A DNA stretch of 64,000 bases from Glycocaulis sp. (GCF_051859565.1 NZ_JBHYFK010000004.1:271099-335098), one strand, 5' to 3'. Shown: positions 10,809-20,452, counted from the first letter of the stretch. Translations and numbers: made by a program. Notes: a model not told the origin generated them from the letters alone.

Positions 10809-11887
10809 GCGGCCCGGAAGGCAGCGTAGCGGTCGATACGCCGGAAGGCCCGGCCCGGAAGGGTGGAGACCGGCCCCAGCGGCAGGCTCTCGGCGACATT
10901 TTCGATCCGGTCGGCGATTCTCCGCGCTGCACCAGCCAGCGATGGCGCGGTTGCATAGCCCGATGCTAGCGGAAACTGCCAGCTGGCCAATTCCCGCTTG
11001 AAGTCATACTCACCCGGGCCGAGATGGATTTCGCGCAGACCCTCAGCCGATAGTTCACGCGCAATCTGCATGAGCAGGTTCAGCCCCGGTCCCAGCTTTG
11101 AAAATTCCGGGTCATACACCGGGAACCAGTAGTGCAGGACGGTGTCCGAACGCATGCCCACATGAGCGGCGGCAAGCTGGCCGTTGATTTCAAGGCTCGA
11201 GACCAGCCCTGACGCATTGTCGAGCCCGCTGCCAAGCAGCACGTCGATCAGCTTGCGCGTCCAGCCCACCGAGAACACGTCGAAATGGCCCGTTCGCCGG
11301 TACTGGGCCGACTTCCATTCCAGCGCTTTTGCCAGCACTTCCGGGCGATTATCGTCTACACGGAACTGGAATCTGGAGGTCTCTTCCTCCAGCTTGCGCC
11401 GCCGGGCGCGCAGATTGCGGAAGGCCTTCGGCTCGACACCGCTGCGCGTGTCGAGCCACGTCTCATAACCACCCGACAGGTCAATCACCCAGGAGCCGTC
11501 CACCTCCTGCGCGTGCTCACGGAATGCCGCCTGCGTACCCAGCGCGCCGAAGAAGTCGAAAACCTTGAGCCCCGCCTTGCGCAGGACCGTGTGAAGATCG
11601 AAGACAGCGCCGGGGGCAGCGATAAAGCCATGGTGATCGCTCAAAGGCCCGCCCAGCGGCCGCGCATAGCCCATCGCGCCCCTGTGAAAGGGAAGAAAGC
11701 CCCTGATCGCTCCCGCCTCGCGGATCACCAGCACACGCGTATCGCGCCGCACGGCGGCCATTGCATCGAGAAATCCGAGCGAGAAATAGGGACTCGCCAG
11801 CGCAGGGTCAGCGTTCTGAAAACTGCGCCATGCATCACGTTCCGCCTGGCCAAGCGACGGGGCGCGGCATGTCTCGACTTCAATCAT
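10805..11887 (-). CDS. CelD/BcsL-like GNAT acyltransferase (HfsK-like candidate)
   Basis: About 360 aa. The N-terminal ..WRSFQNADPALASPYFSLGFLDAMA.. and the overall length are typical of the cellulose-biosynthesis CelD-like (Acetyltransf_6) family. The start is trimmed to MIEVE. Confidence 0.65.
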   Translation of the reverse strand: MIEVETCRAPSLGQAERDAWRSFQNADPALASPYFSLGFLDAMAAVRRDTRVLVIREAGAIRGFLPFHRGAMGYARPLGGPLSDHHGFIAAPGAVFDLHTVLRKAGLKVFDFFGALGTQAAFREHAQEVDGSWVIDLSGGYETWLDTRSGVEPKAFRNLRARRRKLEEETSRFQFRVDDNRPEVLAKALEWKSAQYRRTGHFDVFSVGWTRKLIDVLLGSGLDNASGLVSSLEINGQLAAAHVGMRSDTVLHYWFPVYDPEFSKLGPGLNLLMQIARELSAEGLREIHLGPGEYDFKRELASWQFPLASGYATAPSLAGAARRIADRIENVAESLPLGPVSTLPGRAFRRIDRYAAFRAA

Positions 11888-12062
11888 TCGCACGGCCCCG
11901 CTTTCCCGCTTCCGCTGCACCTGCCCCATACCGGGACGGTTTTTATCCGTCCGGTGCGGTTAAGGCGGTTCTTAAGGCTTGTTATGCATGCTGCGTTCCG
12001 CTGCGGCTCCGGCATCGGGCTTGCTAGCAGACAGACGATGTAGCGCACCGGAACGCCTGATA

Positions 12063-13517
12063 ATGCTGAACCGCCATCTGCTGACCTATCTGCCGGTCTA
12101 TGCCGCGCAAATCCTTGTCGGATTTGGCAGCGTGGTGGTGTTCACGCGAGTCCTGTCACCCGAAGACTATGGGCGCTACACACTGGTACTCGCCGGCGCC
12201 CTGCTCACGCAGACACTGGTATTTACCTGGCTGGACGCCGCCGTCGCGCGCCATCACGCGCGCGCCACTGCCAGAGGACGCCTTGGCGGGCACCTCGCTA
12301 CAGCGTTTTCCCTCTACGGCGCGCTGGCCGTTCTGAGTCTCGTGGTCTTTGGCGGCGCCATCGCGCTGGCGCCCATCAGCACCGAGCTAAAAACCGTCTG
12401 CGCCTTCGCACTGGTGTCTCAAGTCTTGCGCTCGGCCATCATGATCGCGCTCGAAACCCGCCGGGCGGAGGGCGAGGCAGTGCGCTTCGCGCTGCTGGAA
12501 AGCTTCATCCTTGGCTCCGGCTTTGGCCTGGGCGTCGTCTTCATCATGGCAGGCGGAATGGGGCCCGCTGGTCCGTTTGCGGGCATGGCGCTGGCCTGTC
12601 TGGTGGCCATCCTCATCGACATTCCGGTCCTGCTGTCCAAAGCCAAGCGTGACCGCGCCGGGCCGCGCCGGGCTTTGCGCTTCTTTGCCTATGGTGCGCC
12701 GGTGGCGGTATCGTTGGTGTTTGAGCACCTGCTCTCCACCGGAGACCGCTTCGTCATTGCGGCCCTGATGGGCGAGGCTGCGACGGGTGCCTATGCCGCC
12801 GGGTACGGCATTACGGACCGCTCGCTGAACATCATCTTCATCTGGCTGGGCATGACGGCCGGCCCGCTGGCCATCAAGGCGTTCGAGCATGAAGGGGCCG
12901 AGGCCGCGCGCGCCGTGCTGCGCCAGGCCGCCGGCCTGATGGGTCTGATCGCCATCCCCGCCGCGACCGGCATCGCATTGCTCTCCGAACCCTTTGCCCG
13001 GCTTCTCATCGCCGAAAGCCTGGCCGGTGCAGCAGCGCCCATCATGCCGCTGATCGCGCTGGGCGCGATGCTGAACGGCTTCATGACCTATGTCTTCCAT
13101 GAGAGCTTCGTGATCGGGCGCAGGCCGAAAGTCATGGCCGGGCTGATGGCGGGCAGTGCGGCCCTGAACCTGGCGCTGAATCTTGCCCTGATCCCGATGC
13201 TGGGCCTGATCGGCGCGGCGCTGGCCACCGTCCTCTCCTACGCCATCGCACTCGTCGCGTGCGTGGTCATGGGCCGGGGTATTTTCCGGCTCTCTTTGCC
13301 TCTGGATGACTGGGTGAAGGCCGCGACCGCCAGCGTCATCATGGCGGCTGCGCTGATGGCGTTGCCGGTGCCGGAAGCGGCCTTCGCGCATCTGGCATTC
13401 CACGTGCCGGTGGGCGTGCTGGTCTACGCGGTTGTGGCCCTTACGCTGGACGTTGCCGGGTGCCGCAGCGTGTTCGTCATGCCCGCCATGCGCCGCCTGC
13501 AATGGAGGGGCGCATGA
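12063..13517 (+). CDS. polysaccharide flippase (Wzx/PST family; hfsF-like position)
   Basis: Multi-pass membrane protein of about 484 aa starting MLNRHLLTYLPVYAAQILVGFGSVVVFTRVLSPEDYGRY, a typical Wzx N-terminus. Its stop overlaps the next start (ATGA). Confidence 0.8.
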   Translation: MLNRHLLTYLPVYAAQILVGFGSVVVFTRVLSPEDYGRYTLVLAGALLTQTLVFTWLDAAVARHHARATARGRLGGHLATAFSLYGALAVLSLVVFGGAIALAPISTELKTVCAFALVSQVLRSAIMIALETRRAEGEAVRFALLESFILGSGFGLGVVFIMAGGMGPAGPFAGMALACLVAILIDIPVLLSKAKRDRAGPRRALRFFAYGAPVAVSLVFEHLLSTGDRFVIAALMGEAATGAYAAGYGITDRSLNIIFIWLGMTAGPLAIKAFEHEGAEAARAVLRQAAGLMGLIAIPAATGIALLSEPFARLLIAESLAGAAAPIMPLIALGAMLNGFMTYVFHESFVIGRRPKVMAGLMAGSAALNLALNLALIPMLGLIGAALATVLSYAIALVACVVMGRGIFRLSLPLDDWVKAATASVIMAAALMALPVPEAAFAHLAFHVPVGVLVYAVVALTLDVAGCRSVFVMPAMRRLQWRGA

Positions 13518-14407
13518 GCGCGCCCTCCCTCTCCGTCCTGATCCCGTTTCACGGCGATGACCCGTCTGCCCTGCTGGACGCTCTGCTGGCTCAGGCCGGA
13601 GCGGACATGGAAATCGTCCTCTTCGACGACGGATCACCCGCCGCAGATGTCTTCGAGCGCCTCTCCGCGCATCCCGATGTCCTGGACGGGGCGGTGCGTA
13701 TCCTGCGCTCCGATACCAATATCCAGCGCTCCGGCGCGCGCAATGCGCTGGCCAGTGCGGCCAGTGGCGAATGGCTGCTCTTTCTGGACGCAGACATGGA
13801 ACTGCCTGAGGGCTTTCTTGCCCGCTGGAAAGAGTTGCTCGAAAGCGCGGAGTTTGACGCCGCCTATGGCGGCTATCTCGTGCCAGAGACCAAGGCAGGC
13901 CAGTTCGCCGTTCATGCCGCCCTCGCCCGCGCCGGTGACGTAAACAATGCCGAGGCCCGCGCCAAACGCGGGGCATCGGCCTTTGCAGGCTCCAACATGG
14001 CGGTCAGATCGTCACTGATGGCCAACACACCGTTTGACGAATCCTATCGCGGCTGGGGCTGGGAGGATGTGGACTGGGCCGTACGCGCCGCCAAGGCCGG
14101 ACGCCTCGCCCATGTCGACAATCCGGCAGGCCATGGCGGGCTGCAGAGCGTTGACCGGCTGATCACAAAATTCGCCGAAGGCGGCATCAATTATGCCCGC
14201 TTCCTCGCCCGCCATCCCGACCAGGCAAGCCTTCCCGGCGCGCGTCTTGCACGCCTGCTTGCACAGTGGCGGCTGTCTGGCCCTGTGCAGGCGCTGGCAC
14301 CGGCATTGTCGCGCACGCAGGCTCTGCCGACCCGCGCGCGCGTACTGGCGCTGAAAGCCTACAAGGCCGCGTGCGCGGCAGCAGCCCTGAAGGAGGTGAC
14401 GCCATGA
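13514..14407 (+). CDS. family 2 glycosyltransferase (hfsG-like position)
   Basis: MSAPSLSVLIPFHGDD..VLFDDGS..FLDADM are GT2 signatures. ATGA overlaps at both ends. Confidence 0.85.
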   Translation: MSAPSLSVLIPFHGDDPSALLDALLAQAGADMEIVLFDDGSPAADVFERLSAHPDVLDGAVRILRSDTNIQRSGARNALASAASGEWLLFLDADMELPEGFLARWKELLESAEFDAAYGGYLVPETKAGQFAVHAALARAGDVNNAEARAKRGASAFAGSNMAVRSSLMANTPFDESYRGWGWEDVDWAVRAAKAGRLAHVDNPAGHGGLQSVDRLITKFAEGGINYARFLARHPDQASLPGARLARLLAQWRLSGPVQALAPALSRTQALPTRARVLALKAYKAACAAAALKEVTP

Positions 14408-15186
14408 GCGATATCTACCAGCCCGCAGGCGGTCTGTTTGGCAAGGTGCGCCGTGTGGCTGCGCGCGCGGGCGTAAGGCGGCCGATCGATGTGGCCATCA
14501 CCGAGCCCATCGTCTCCTTCACCTTTGATGATTTCCCACGTTCGGCTGCGCTGATTGGCGCGCCCATGCTGGAAAGGCGTGGCTGGCGCGGCACCTACTA
14601 CACCGCGATGGGTTTCCTCGGCACAACGACGCATCTGGGCGAGATGATGCAGCGCGCCGACATCGAGGCGCTGCATGCGCGCGGCCACGAGATTGCCTGT
14701 CATACCTACGCCCATCTCGACGCCAGTCATTGCGAGGCGGACGTTTTCGCAGACGATTGCGAACGCAATTGCGCCGAGCTGATGGAACTGGGCATTTTGC
14801 GCCCGCGCACCAGCTTTGCCTTTCCCTATGGAGAGGCCAGCCCTGCCATCAAACGCGCCCTGCAGCCGCGCTATGGCGCGCTGCGCGGGGTGCGTCATGG
14901 CATCAACCGCAAGGGCGATGATCTGAACCTGCTAAAAGCCGTCGCGCTGGATGGCGGAAAAGCCGGTCTGGACAAGGCCTTGCGGGCTATCCATGAGGTG
15001 AAGCGCGAACCGGGCTGGCTGATCTTCTATGGCCATGATGTCCGCGAAAACCCGTCCGAATGGGGCTGCACACCGGACTTTCTGGCGACCATCTGCGCGG
15101 AAGTGAACGCGCAGGACCTGCCCGTGCTGACGGTCGGCGAGACCCTGTCCATGCTGTCAGGCGCACCTGCCCGGATACCGGCATGA
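14404..15186 (+). CDS. polysaccharide deacetylase (NodB homology; hfsH-like position)
   Basis: ..VSFTFDDFPRSAA..GHEIACHTYAHLD.. are NodB motif 1 (TFDD) and motif 2 (H-x-x-x-H). ATGA overlaps at both ends. Confidence 0.85.
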   Translation: MSDIYQPAGGLFGKVRRVAARAGVRRPIDVAITEPIVSFTFDDFPRSAALIGAPMLERRGWRGTYYTAMGFLGTTTHLGEMMQRADIEALHARGHEIACHTYAHLDASHCEADVFADDCERNCAELMELGILRPRTSFAFPYGEASPAIKRALQPRYGALRGVRHGINRKGDDLNLLKAVALDGGKAGLDKALRAIHEVKREPGWLIFYGHDVRENPSEWGCTPDFLATICAEVNAQDLPVLTVGETLSMLSGAPARIPA

Positions 15187-16112
15187 GCGAAGACGCCTCT
15201 GTCAGCGTGCTGATCCCCACTTTCCGCAGGGCCGAAGGGCTCTCGCGGGCCGTGGCGAGCGTACTGGCGCAGACCCGCCTGCCTGATGAAATCGTGATCG
15301 TGGACAATGATCCGGCAGCAAGCGCGCGCGATATGGCGAGCCAGCTGACCAAGAGTTCGCCGGTTGCTATCCGCTACGTTCATGAGCCGCGCCCCGGCGT
15401 CGCGAATGCGCGCAATACCGGGTTTGCCACGGCCACGGGACGCTTCATCGCTCAGCTCGACGATGACGAGGCGGCCAGGCCGCAATGGCTGGAAAGCCTG
15501 CTGGCTACACGCGAAGCCATGGACTGTCCCATCGTGTTCGGTCCGGTCACACCGCTGGCATTGGACGCGAGCCCGACCGCGCGGGCCTTTCTGGAACGCC
15601 TCTATGCGCGCACCGGCCCGCAAGAAGACGCATTGCGTAGCCGGGATTGGGGCTGCGGCAATTCCCTGATCGACCGGGCCGCGGTGTCCCTGCCCGATCC
15701 GCCATTTGATGTGCGCACCAATGAAATGGGTGGGGAGGATGATCTTCTGTTCGTAGGGCTACAAAGCGCGGGCGTGCGTTTTGCCTGGTCAGCGAAAGCC
15801 GAAGTGATCGAGCATGTGGAGGGAAAGCGCGCGCGCTGGCCGCACATGCTGGCGCGCAGCTTCGCCTATGGTCAGGGTGCCAGCCAGAACTGCATTCATG
15901 GCTCGAAAGTCGATTATCCCGGCCTGCTGGGCTGGATGGTGGTCGGTCTGGGGCAGGCAATGGTGTTTGGACTGATCGCCTTGCCTGCGCGCCTGGCTGC
16001 CGGGCCTGAGGCTGGCGCAGCCTGCCTGGACAAGGCCGTGCAAGGCTTTGGCAAGCTGTTCTGGATGGAACGTCTTGCGCCGCGCTTTTACGGCGCTGCC
16101 TCGCGCGGCTGA
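15183..16112 (+). CDS. family 2 glycosyltransferase
   Basis: MSEDASVSVLIPTFRRAEGL..IVIVDNDP..QLDDDE are GT2 signatures, and the C-terminus has transmembrane segments. Confidence 0.85.
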   Translation: MSEDASVSVLIPTFRRAEGLSRAVASVLAQTRLPDEIVIVDNDPAASARDMASQLTKSSPVAIRYVHEPRPGVANARNTGFATATGRFIAQLDDDEAARPQWLESLLATREAMDCPIVFGPVTPLALDASPTARAFLERLYARTGPQEDALRSRDWGCGNSLIDRAAVSLPDPPFDVRTNEMGGEDDLLFVGLQSAGVRFAWSAKAEVIEHVEGKRARWPHMLARSFAYGQGASQNCIHGSKVDYPGLLGWMVVGLGQAMVFGLIALPARLAAGPEAGAACLDKAVQGFGKLFWMERLAPRFYGAASRG

Positions 16113-17344
16113 GCCAGCTTGGCCGCCGTTGCGGTGAACATCACCCACATGAGCGAGTTCTGCTCGGCCAGATTACTCTCCGAAAAACTGATAAGCCCCC
16201 ACATGACGAGGAAGGGCAGCGCCCAGTACGTCTCATTGCCCCGGAACAGGCGCATGGCCGCGCTGCCGAGCGCGCCCGCATAGGCGATCAGGGCAATGCC
16301 TACCCCGACCAACCCGGTGGCGAGCGCGGTCTCTATCCAGCCATTATGCGCGGTCGGCACAGGCCAGCTTGTTTCCAGCCGCACCCAGTGCGCCGGCCCC
16401 AGCTCCACCTGCCAGAACACACCATAGCCAAAGCCCAGCAGCGGGCGCTCACGGATCTGGCGAAACAGCGCCTCCCATATGTCTGTCCGGCCGGTGAAGG
16501 TCGCATCGCGGCCCAGCGCTTCGAGCAGCACGCCGGGGCCGATTACGAGCACCAGAATGCCTAGCGACACCCCCACCACGCCGGCCATGACGGCGATTGC
16601 GGACGAGGCCGCATCCCGGCGCGCCATCGCGATCATGCCCGGCCCGGCAATGGCGATGAAGCTTGCCAGCAGCGCCGTGCGCGAGGTGGAGAGCAGGACC
16701 AGAGCCAGCGCCGGGATCACGAGGGCCAGCCAGAGCATGCGGCGCTTTGCATCGAACGCCGCCGCGCCCACAAAGGCCAGCACAGCCCAGCCCATCATCG
16801 CGCCCAGCGTGTTCTTCTCCCACCACAGGCCGCGCCATGCGCCGGGGTGGATTTGCTGCATCACGCCAAAACCCGGCACCAATGCCCCGGCAATCGCGCT
16901 GCCCATCATCAAAATGGCAAAGCTGACAGCCAGAATGGTCAGGAGAGATTTCCAGTCGAAGCGCGATGCCAGCCACAGGCCGAACAGGGTCGTCATGGCC
17001 AGTGCCAGCGCGCGGCGCGAGGTGATGTCAGGATCGATCGACCAGAAGGTGGACAATCCGGCCAGCACCGCCAGCAGCACAAGCGGCCAGGCCCTGAACG
17101 CCGTCTCCAGGAAGGCCAGAGGCCGCATGGCAATCAGGATCAGCGTCACGCCATAGACCGGCAGCCAGACCAGACGCAGCGCTTCGGCCGCATCCGGCTT
17201 TAGCGGATCGACCAGTAAGGGCCCCAGCAAGGCCTGCGAGAACAACAAGATGGCCAGAACAGCCAGCGCCGCTTCCAGCAAGGGCAGGAAGGTCAGGCGG
17301 GGAAACGCCGAGCGCCAGATATCCGCCCGGTGGAGCGCGTTCAT
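16088..17344 (-). CDS. O-antigen ligase/polymerase family membrane protein (Wzy-like; hfsC-like position)
   Basis: 418 aa, polytopic, with a Wzy_C-like central loop region. 4-nt overlap with the upstream gene. Confidence 0.75.
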   Translation of the reverse strand: MNALHRADIWRSAFPRLTFLPLLEAALAVLAILLFSQALLGPLLVDPLKPDAAEALRLVWLPVYGVTLILIAMRPLAFLETAFRAWPLVLLAVLAGLSTFWSIDPDITSRRALALAMTTLFGLWLASRFDWKSLLTILAVSFAILMMGSAIAGALVPGFGVMQQIHPGAWRGLWWEKNTLGAMMGWAVLAFVGAAAFDAKRRMLWLALVIPALALVLLSTSRTALLASFIAIAGPGMIAMARRDAASSAIAVMAGVVGVSLGILVLVIGPGVLLEALGRDATFTGRTDIWEALFRQIRERPLLGFGYGVFWQVELGPAHWVRLETSWPVPTAHNGWIETALATGLVGVGIALIAYAGALGSAAMRLFRGNETYWALPFLVMWGLISFSESNLAEQNSLMWVMFTATAAKLAQPREAAP

Positions 17345-18030
17345 TGCGCGGCTCCCCTCGCCTCACCCTGCCAGTCATGGGCGCGGTTCACGATCACGCC
17401 CAGCACTTTTGCGCCCAGCTTTTCGATATGAGCGGCAAGGCGTTCGGCATCGGCGCGCTTGTCGCGCCGTGCATTGGCCACAAGGATCACGCCGTCAAGA
17501 TCAGGCGCGACCGCGGCTATGGCCGGTGAGCCATGCGGCACATCTACCACGCTAAGCGGTGCCATGGCGCGCAATTGCTGCCAGTAGCCCGGCGCGCGCT
17601 TGTAGACGAGGCGCTCCATCTCACCCGGCTTGTGCTGGAAACGCGTGACCAGCACATAGGCCGCTTCCAGCTTGCGCAGTACCAGACGCCCCGTTCCGGC
17701 CGGTTCCGCCGTCCAGAACGGTTCGGCTCCGATTTCGGTGGAATAGGCCGAGCCATTGAGCCGCGCGCGGCTGGCTTGCGGATTATTGGCAAAATCGAGA
17801 TCCACGAGCCAGACCGGCCCGCCGGTTTCTACCGCAGCGGCGCGCGCCAGCCCGGCGGCGACGCTGGACGTACCGGCCTTGGCGGTGATGCCAAGCATCA
17901 TGACAACTTTGCCCGGCGCACCGGGAGGCGCCAGCCGGCGTGCCAGATCGGCAAGTTCTGTGGCGAACGGATTCACGCCGTCTGTCTCCGCTAGCGGCTG
18001 CGCGGGCAGCTCATGCCGGGGCCCGGTCAT
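17341..18030 (-). CDS. ParA/BY-kinase-like protein with degenerate P-loop (hfsB-like position)
   Basis: ..VVMMLGITAKAGTSSVAAGLARAAA..VWLVDLDF.. has the layout of a CpsD/MinD-type ATPase, but the Walker A GK[ST] is replaced by AKAGTS. Overlaps of 4 nt at each end. Confidence 0.5.
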   Translation of the reverse strand: MTGPRHELPAQPLAETDGVNPFATELADLARRLAPPGAPGKVVMMLGITAKAGTSSVAAGLARAAAVETGGPVWLVDLDFANNPQASRARLNGSAYSTEIGAEPFWTAEPAGTGRLVLRKLEAAYVLVTRFQHKPGEMERLVYKRAPGYWQQLRAMAPLSVVDVPHGSPAIAAVAPDLDGVILVANARRDKRADAERLAAHIEKLGAKVLGVIVNRAHDWQGEARGAAQ

Positions 18031-19613
18031 GCGTGCCCTGACCCGTGCATGGCGCCCGGATCAAAATCCCGCACGCGGGCCAGCACCGCAAGGGGTCTTG
18101 CAGCAGGTTCAACATGCGCGGCGCGCTGACCGCCTTGCGTGCGCGGCGCCGGGGCTGTGCTGGCCGCCTGCCGGTAGGGCGCTGGCGCCGGCTCGACATG
18201 GGCATCGGCCAGATCATCCTGCTCACGCCGCGATACCGGACGAAGGGCGCGCGGGTCGCGCGTGGCAACGAAATAGCCTTTCAGCAGCCCCAGCAGAACG
18301 GCCGCACCGAGCGCCAGTATGCCCGCTGCCCCGATGGCCGCAGTGCGCAAGGAGCGCGCCTGCGCCGGCGGGGTCGCCCGTTCGACGATACGCACCGAGT
18401 CAGCAATGCCGGAGGCACCGCCCCGGCGCGATGAAGCCGCGGCAAACTGGAGGGCGAGACGCCCCGCCGCCTCTCCGCGTGAGGATGCCTCGCGGCTCAG
18501 CCGGTCATACTGGCTTGCCAGCCCCGCAAGCCGGTCAGCCTGGGACCGCGCCGCATCAAGCTGGGCACGCAATGTGGCCGCAAGGCGCGCCTGCGCAGCA
18601 GCCTCCGCCTCCCGTTGCAGCCGGGCCGTATCCAGTTCCTGATAGACCGGATTGGCGCCCGTGCGCCGCTGCCCGGCCCCATCGGCTCCGCCAGACTGCA
18701 CGAGCTCACGCAAGGCCCGTATCTCGCGGTCCAGCGCCTGCACGGGCGGAGCGTCATCCTGATAACGTGAGCTCAGCTCACGGCGGCGTACGTCCAACGC
18801 CAGAAGCTGCCCGGTGACGTCATTTTCAACATAAAGTTCAATGGACTGCGGCATGTCCTGCAGGCGCTGCGAAAGGGCTGCAGCGCCCCCACGGGCAGAC
18901 TGCGTGGCCGCCTCCGCAGCCAGAAGAGAGTTTTCCAGCTCCGTCATGCGGGTAACCAGCGCCAGTCGCTCGGCTTGGAAATCGACAATGGCGTTTTCGG
19001 TCAGGAACGTGCGCAGATTGGTCTCGGCTATGGCGGCGGCAATCTCGGCAGCGGCCAGACGTTGGCCCAGCGCATCAGCGCCGTCTTCGACCAGCACTTC
19101 ACGGCGATAGGCCAGATAGGCATCCACGATGGCATTGAGCACATTGGCTGCCGATTGCGGTGTCTCCCCGCCATAGCTGGCATGCAGCACGCTGGCATGC
19201 GGAGCCCGCTCGACCTTGAAGCTGGTACGCATTTCCCGCAGCACCGAAGGCTGCGGCGAACCGCCCTGACGCTCGATGGCGAGGCGGCGAACCGTCTCGG
19301 AGTTGAGAATTTCAGCCTCAGACTGAAGCACCTGATCAAGTGTGAACGCGCCGCCGGATCCTGCCGCGCCCGGTGCCTGATCTTCCTGATCTAGCAGCAC
19401 GAGCAGCCGTGACTGGGCAACGTATTCGGGCTTCAGCACAAACCAGGCTGCAGCCGCCATCGGCACGAAAAGAAGAACGAAAACGATGACGATCAGCAGT
19501 TTCTGCGACCATGCCAGAGCCAGCAGGTCAAACAGGTCCAGCTCCCGGCGGGCATGTCCCGCCGGGCCAGAATTTCCTGTGCCCGATCCACGTGTTGATT
19601 CCATGACGCACAT
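18027..19613 (-). CDS. polysaccharide co-polymerase / chain-length determinant (GumC/Wzz-like; hfsA-like position)
   Basis: N-terminal TM plus Wzz motif (LLIVIVFVLLFVPMAAAAWFVLKPEYVAQSRLLV), a long coiled-coil periplasmic region and a second TM near the C-terminus. Confidence 0.8.
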   Translation of the reverse strand: MCVMESTRGSGTGNSGPAGHARRELDLFDLLALAWSQKLLIVIVFVLLFVPMAAAAWFVLKPEYVAQSRLLVLLDQEDQAPGAAGSGGAFTLDQVLQSEAEILNSETVRRLAIERQGGSPQPSVLREMRTSFKVERAPHASVLHASYGGETPQSAANVLNAIVDAYLAYRREVLVEDGADALGQRLAAAEIAAAIAETNLRTFLTENAIVDFQAERLALVTRMTELENSLLAAEAATQSARGGAAALSQRLQDMPQSIELYVENDVTGQLLALDVRRRELSSRYQDDAPPVQALDREIRALRELVQSGGADGAGQRRTGANPVYQELDTARLQREAEAAAQARLAATLRAQLDAARSQADRLAGLASQYDRLSREASSRGEAAGRLALQFAAASSRRGGASGIADSVRIVERATPPAQARSLRTAAIGAAGILALGAAVLLGLLKGYFVATRDPRALRPVSRREQDDLADAHVEPAPAPYRQAASTAPAPRTQGGQRAAHVEPAARPLAVLARVRDFDPGAMHGSGHA

Positions 19614-19700
19614 CTGGCGGGGGTGCGCTTAATTTTTTCTTAGCCCGGCTCGCAGAAGGCTACACTTTATCAAGTACAAGCGACTCGAAGGTGGCAGCCC

Positions 19701-20438
19701 ATGGCCGAATTTGACTGGACCCGGCGCAACGCGCTCGCAGCCCTGCTGGCTGGCAGTGCAGCAATCGGCCTTTCCGCCTGCGGCGGGCGGGCACGCCAGA
19801 CCGCCAGCTTCGAGCCCTCGCGCTTCCAGACCTGGAGCGGCGGCGATCCGGTTTACCGGCTCTATCCCGGCGATGCGATCGAGGTAACGGTCCACACGGC
19901 GCCGGAATTGTCGCGCGAAGTGGAAATCGGCCCGGACGGGCGCGCCAGCCTGCCGCTGGTTGGCGGCGTGATGGTGTCGCAGAAGACGGCGCCAGAGGCC
20001 GCACGGGCCATCGCAGACGGCTATGCGCGCGTGCTGCGTGATCCGATTATCGAAGTCCGCCCGCTGAGCTTTGGCTCTCAGCGCATTCTGGTGGGCGGCG
20101 AAGTAAACGCACCCGGCCCCTACCCGCTGCCGGATGGCCGGACAGGCGTGCTGGAAGCCATCATGTTTGCGGGCGGCTTTCAGACCACCGCTCGGCGTAA
20201 TTCCGTGGTCGTGCTGCGGCGCGCGCCTGATGGCGGCGCGATGATGCGCACGGTCGATGTCAGGGCCGCACTGCGCGGCCAGCCCGCCGACATGATCCCT
20301 CTTGCCCGCCACGATGTCGTATTCGTGCCGCGCTCAGGCATCGCCGAGGTCAATGTCTTCGTCGACCAGTATATCCGCGGCATCCTGCCCCTGGATTCCG
20401 GGTTCAATTACCTGCTGTTCGAGGCCACCCGGAACTGA
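19701..20438 (+). CDS. polysaccharide export outer-membrane lipoprotein (Wza/GumB-like; hfsD-like position)
   Basis: Lipobox ..AAIGLSAC. Poly_export motif YRLYPGDAIEVTVHTAPELSREVEIGPDGRASLPLVGGVMV followed by an SLBB-like region. Confidence 0.85.
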   Translation: MAEFDWTRRNALAALLAGSAAIGLSACGGRARQTASFEPSRFQTWSGGDPVYRLYPGDAIEVTVHTAPELSREVEIGPDGRASLPLVGGVMVSQKTAPEAARAIADGYARVLRDPIIEVRPLSFGSQRILVGGEVNAPGPYPLPDGRTGVLEAIMFAGGFQTTARRNSVVVLRRAPDGGAMMRTVDVRAALRGQPADMIPLARHDVVFVPRSGIAEVNVFVDQYIRGILPLDSGFNYLLFEATRN

Positions 20439-20452
20439 TCGGACAGATCGGC

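Noticed and set aside
12387-13976. 529-aa minus-strand ORF
   Set aside because: It is antisense to the flippase and GT2 genes. It is extremely Arg/Gly/His/Pro-rich with no hydrophobic core. The sense genes have clear family motifs and coupled starts.
17756-18817. 353-aa plus-strand ORF
   Set aside because: It is antisense to the co-polymerase and P-loop-like genes. It is Pro/Arg/Ala-rich.
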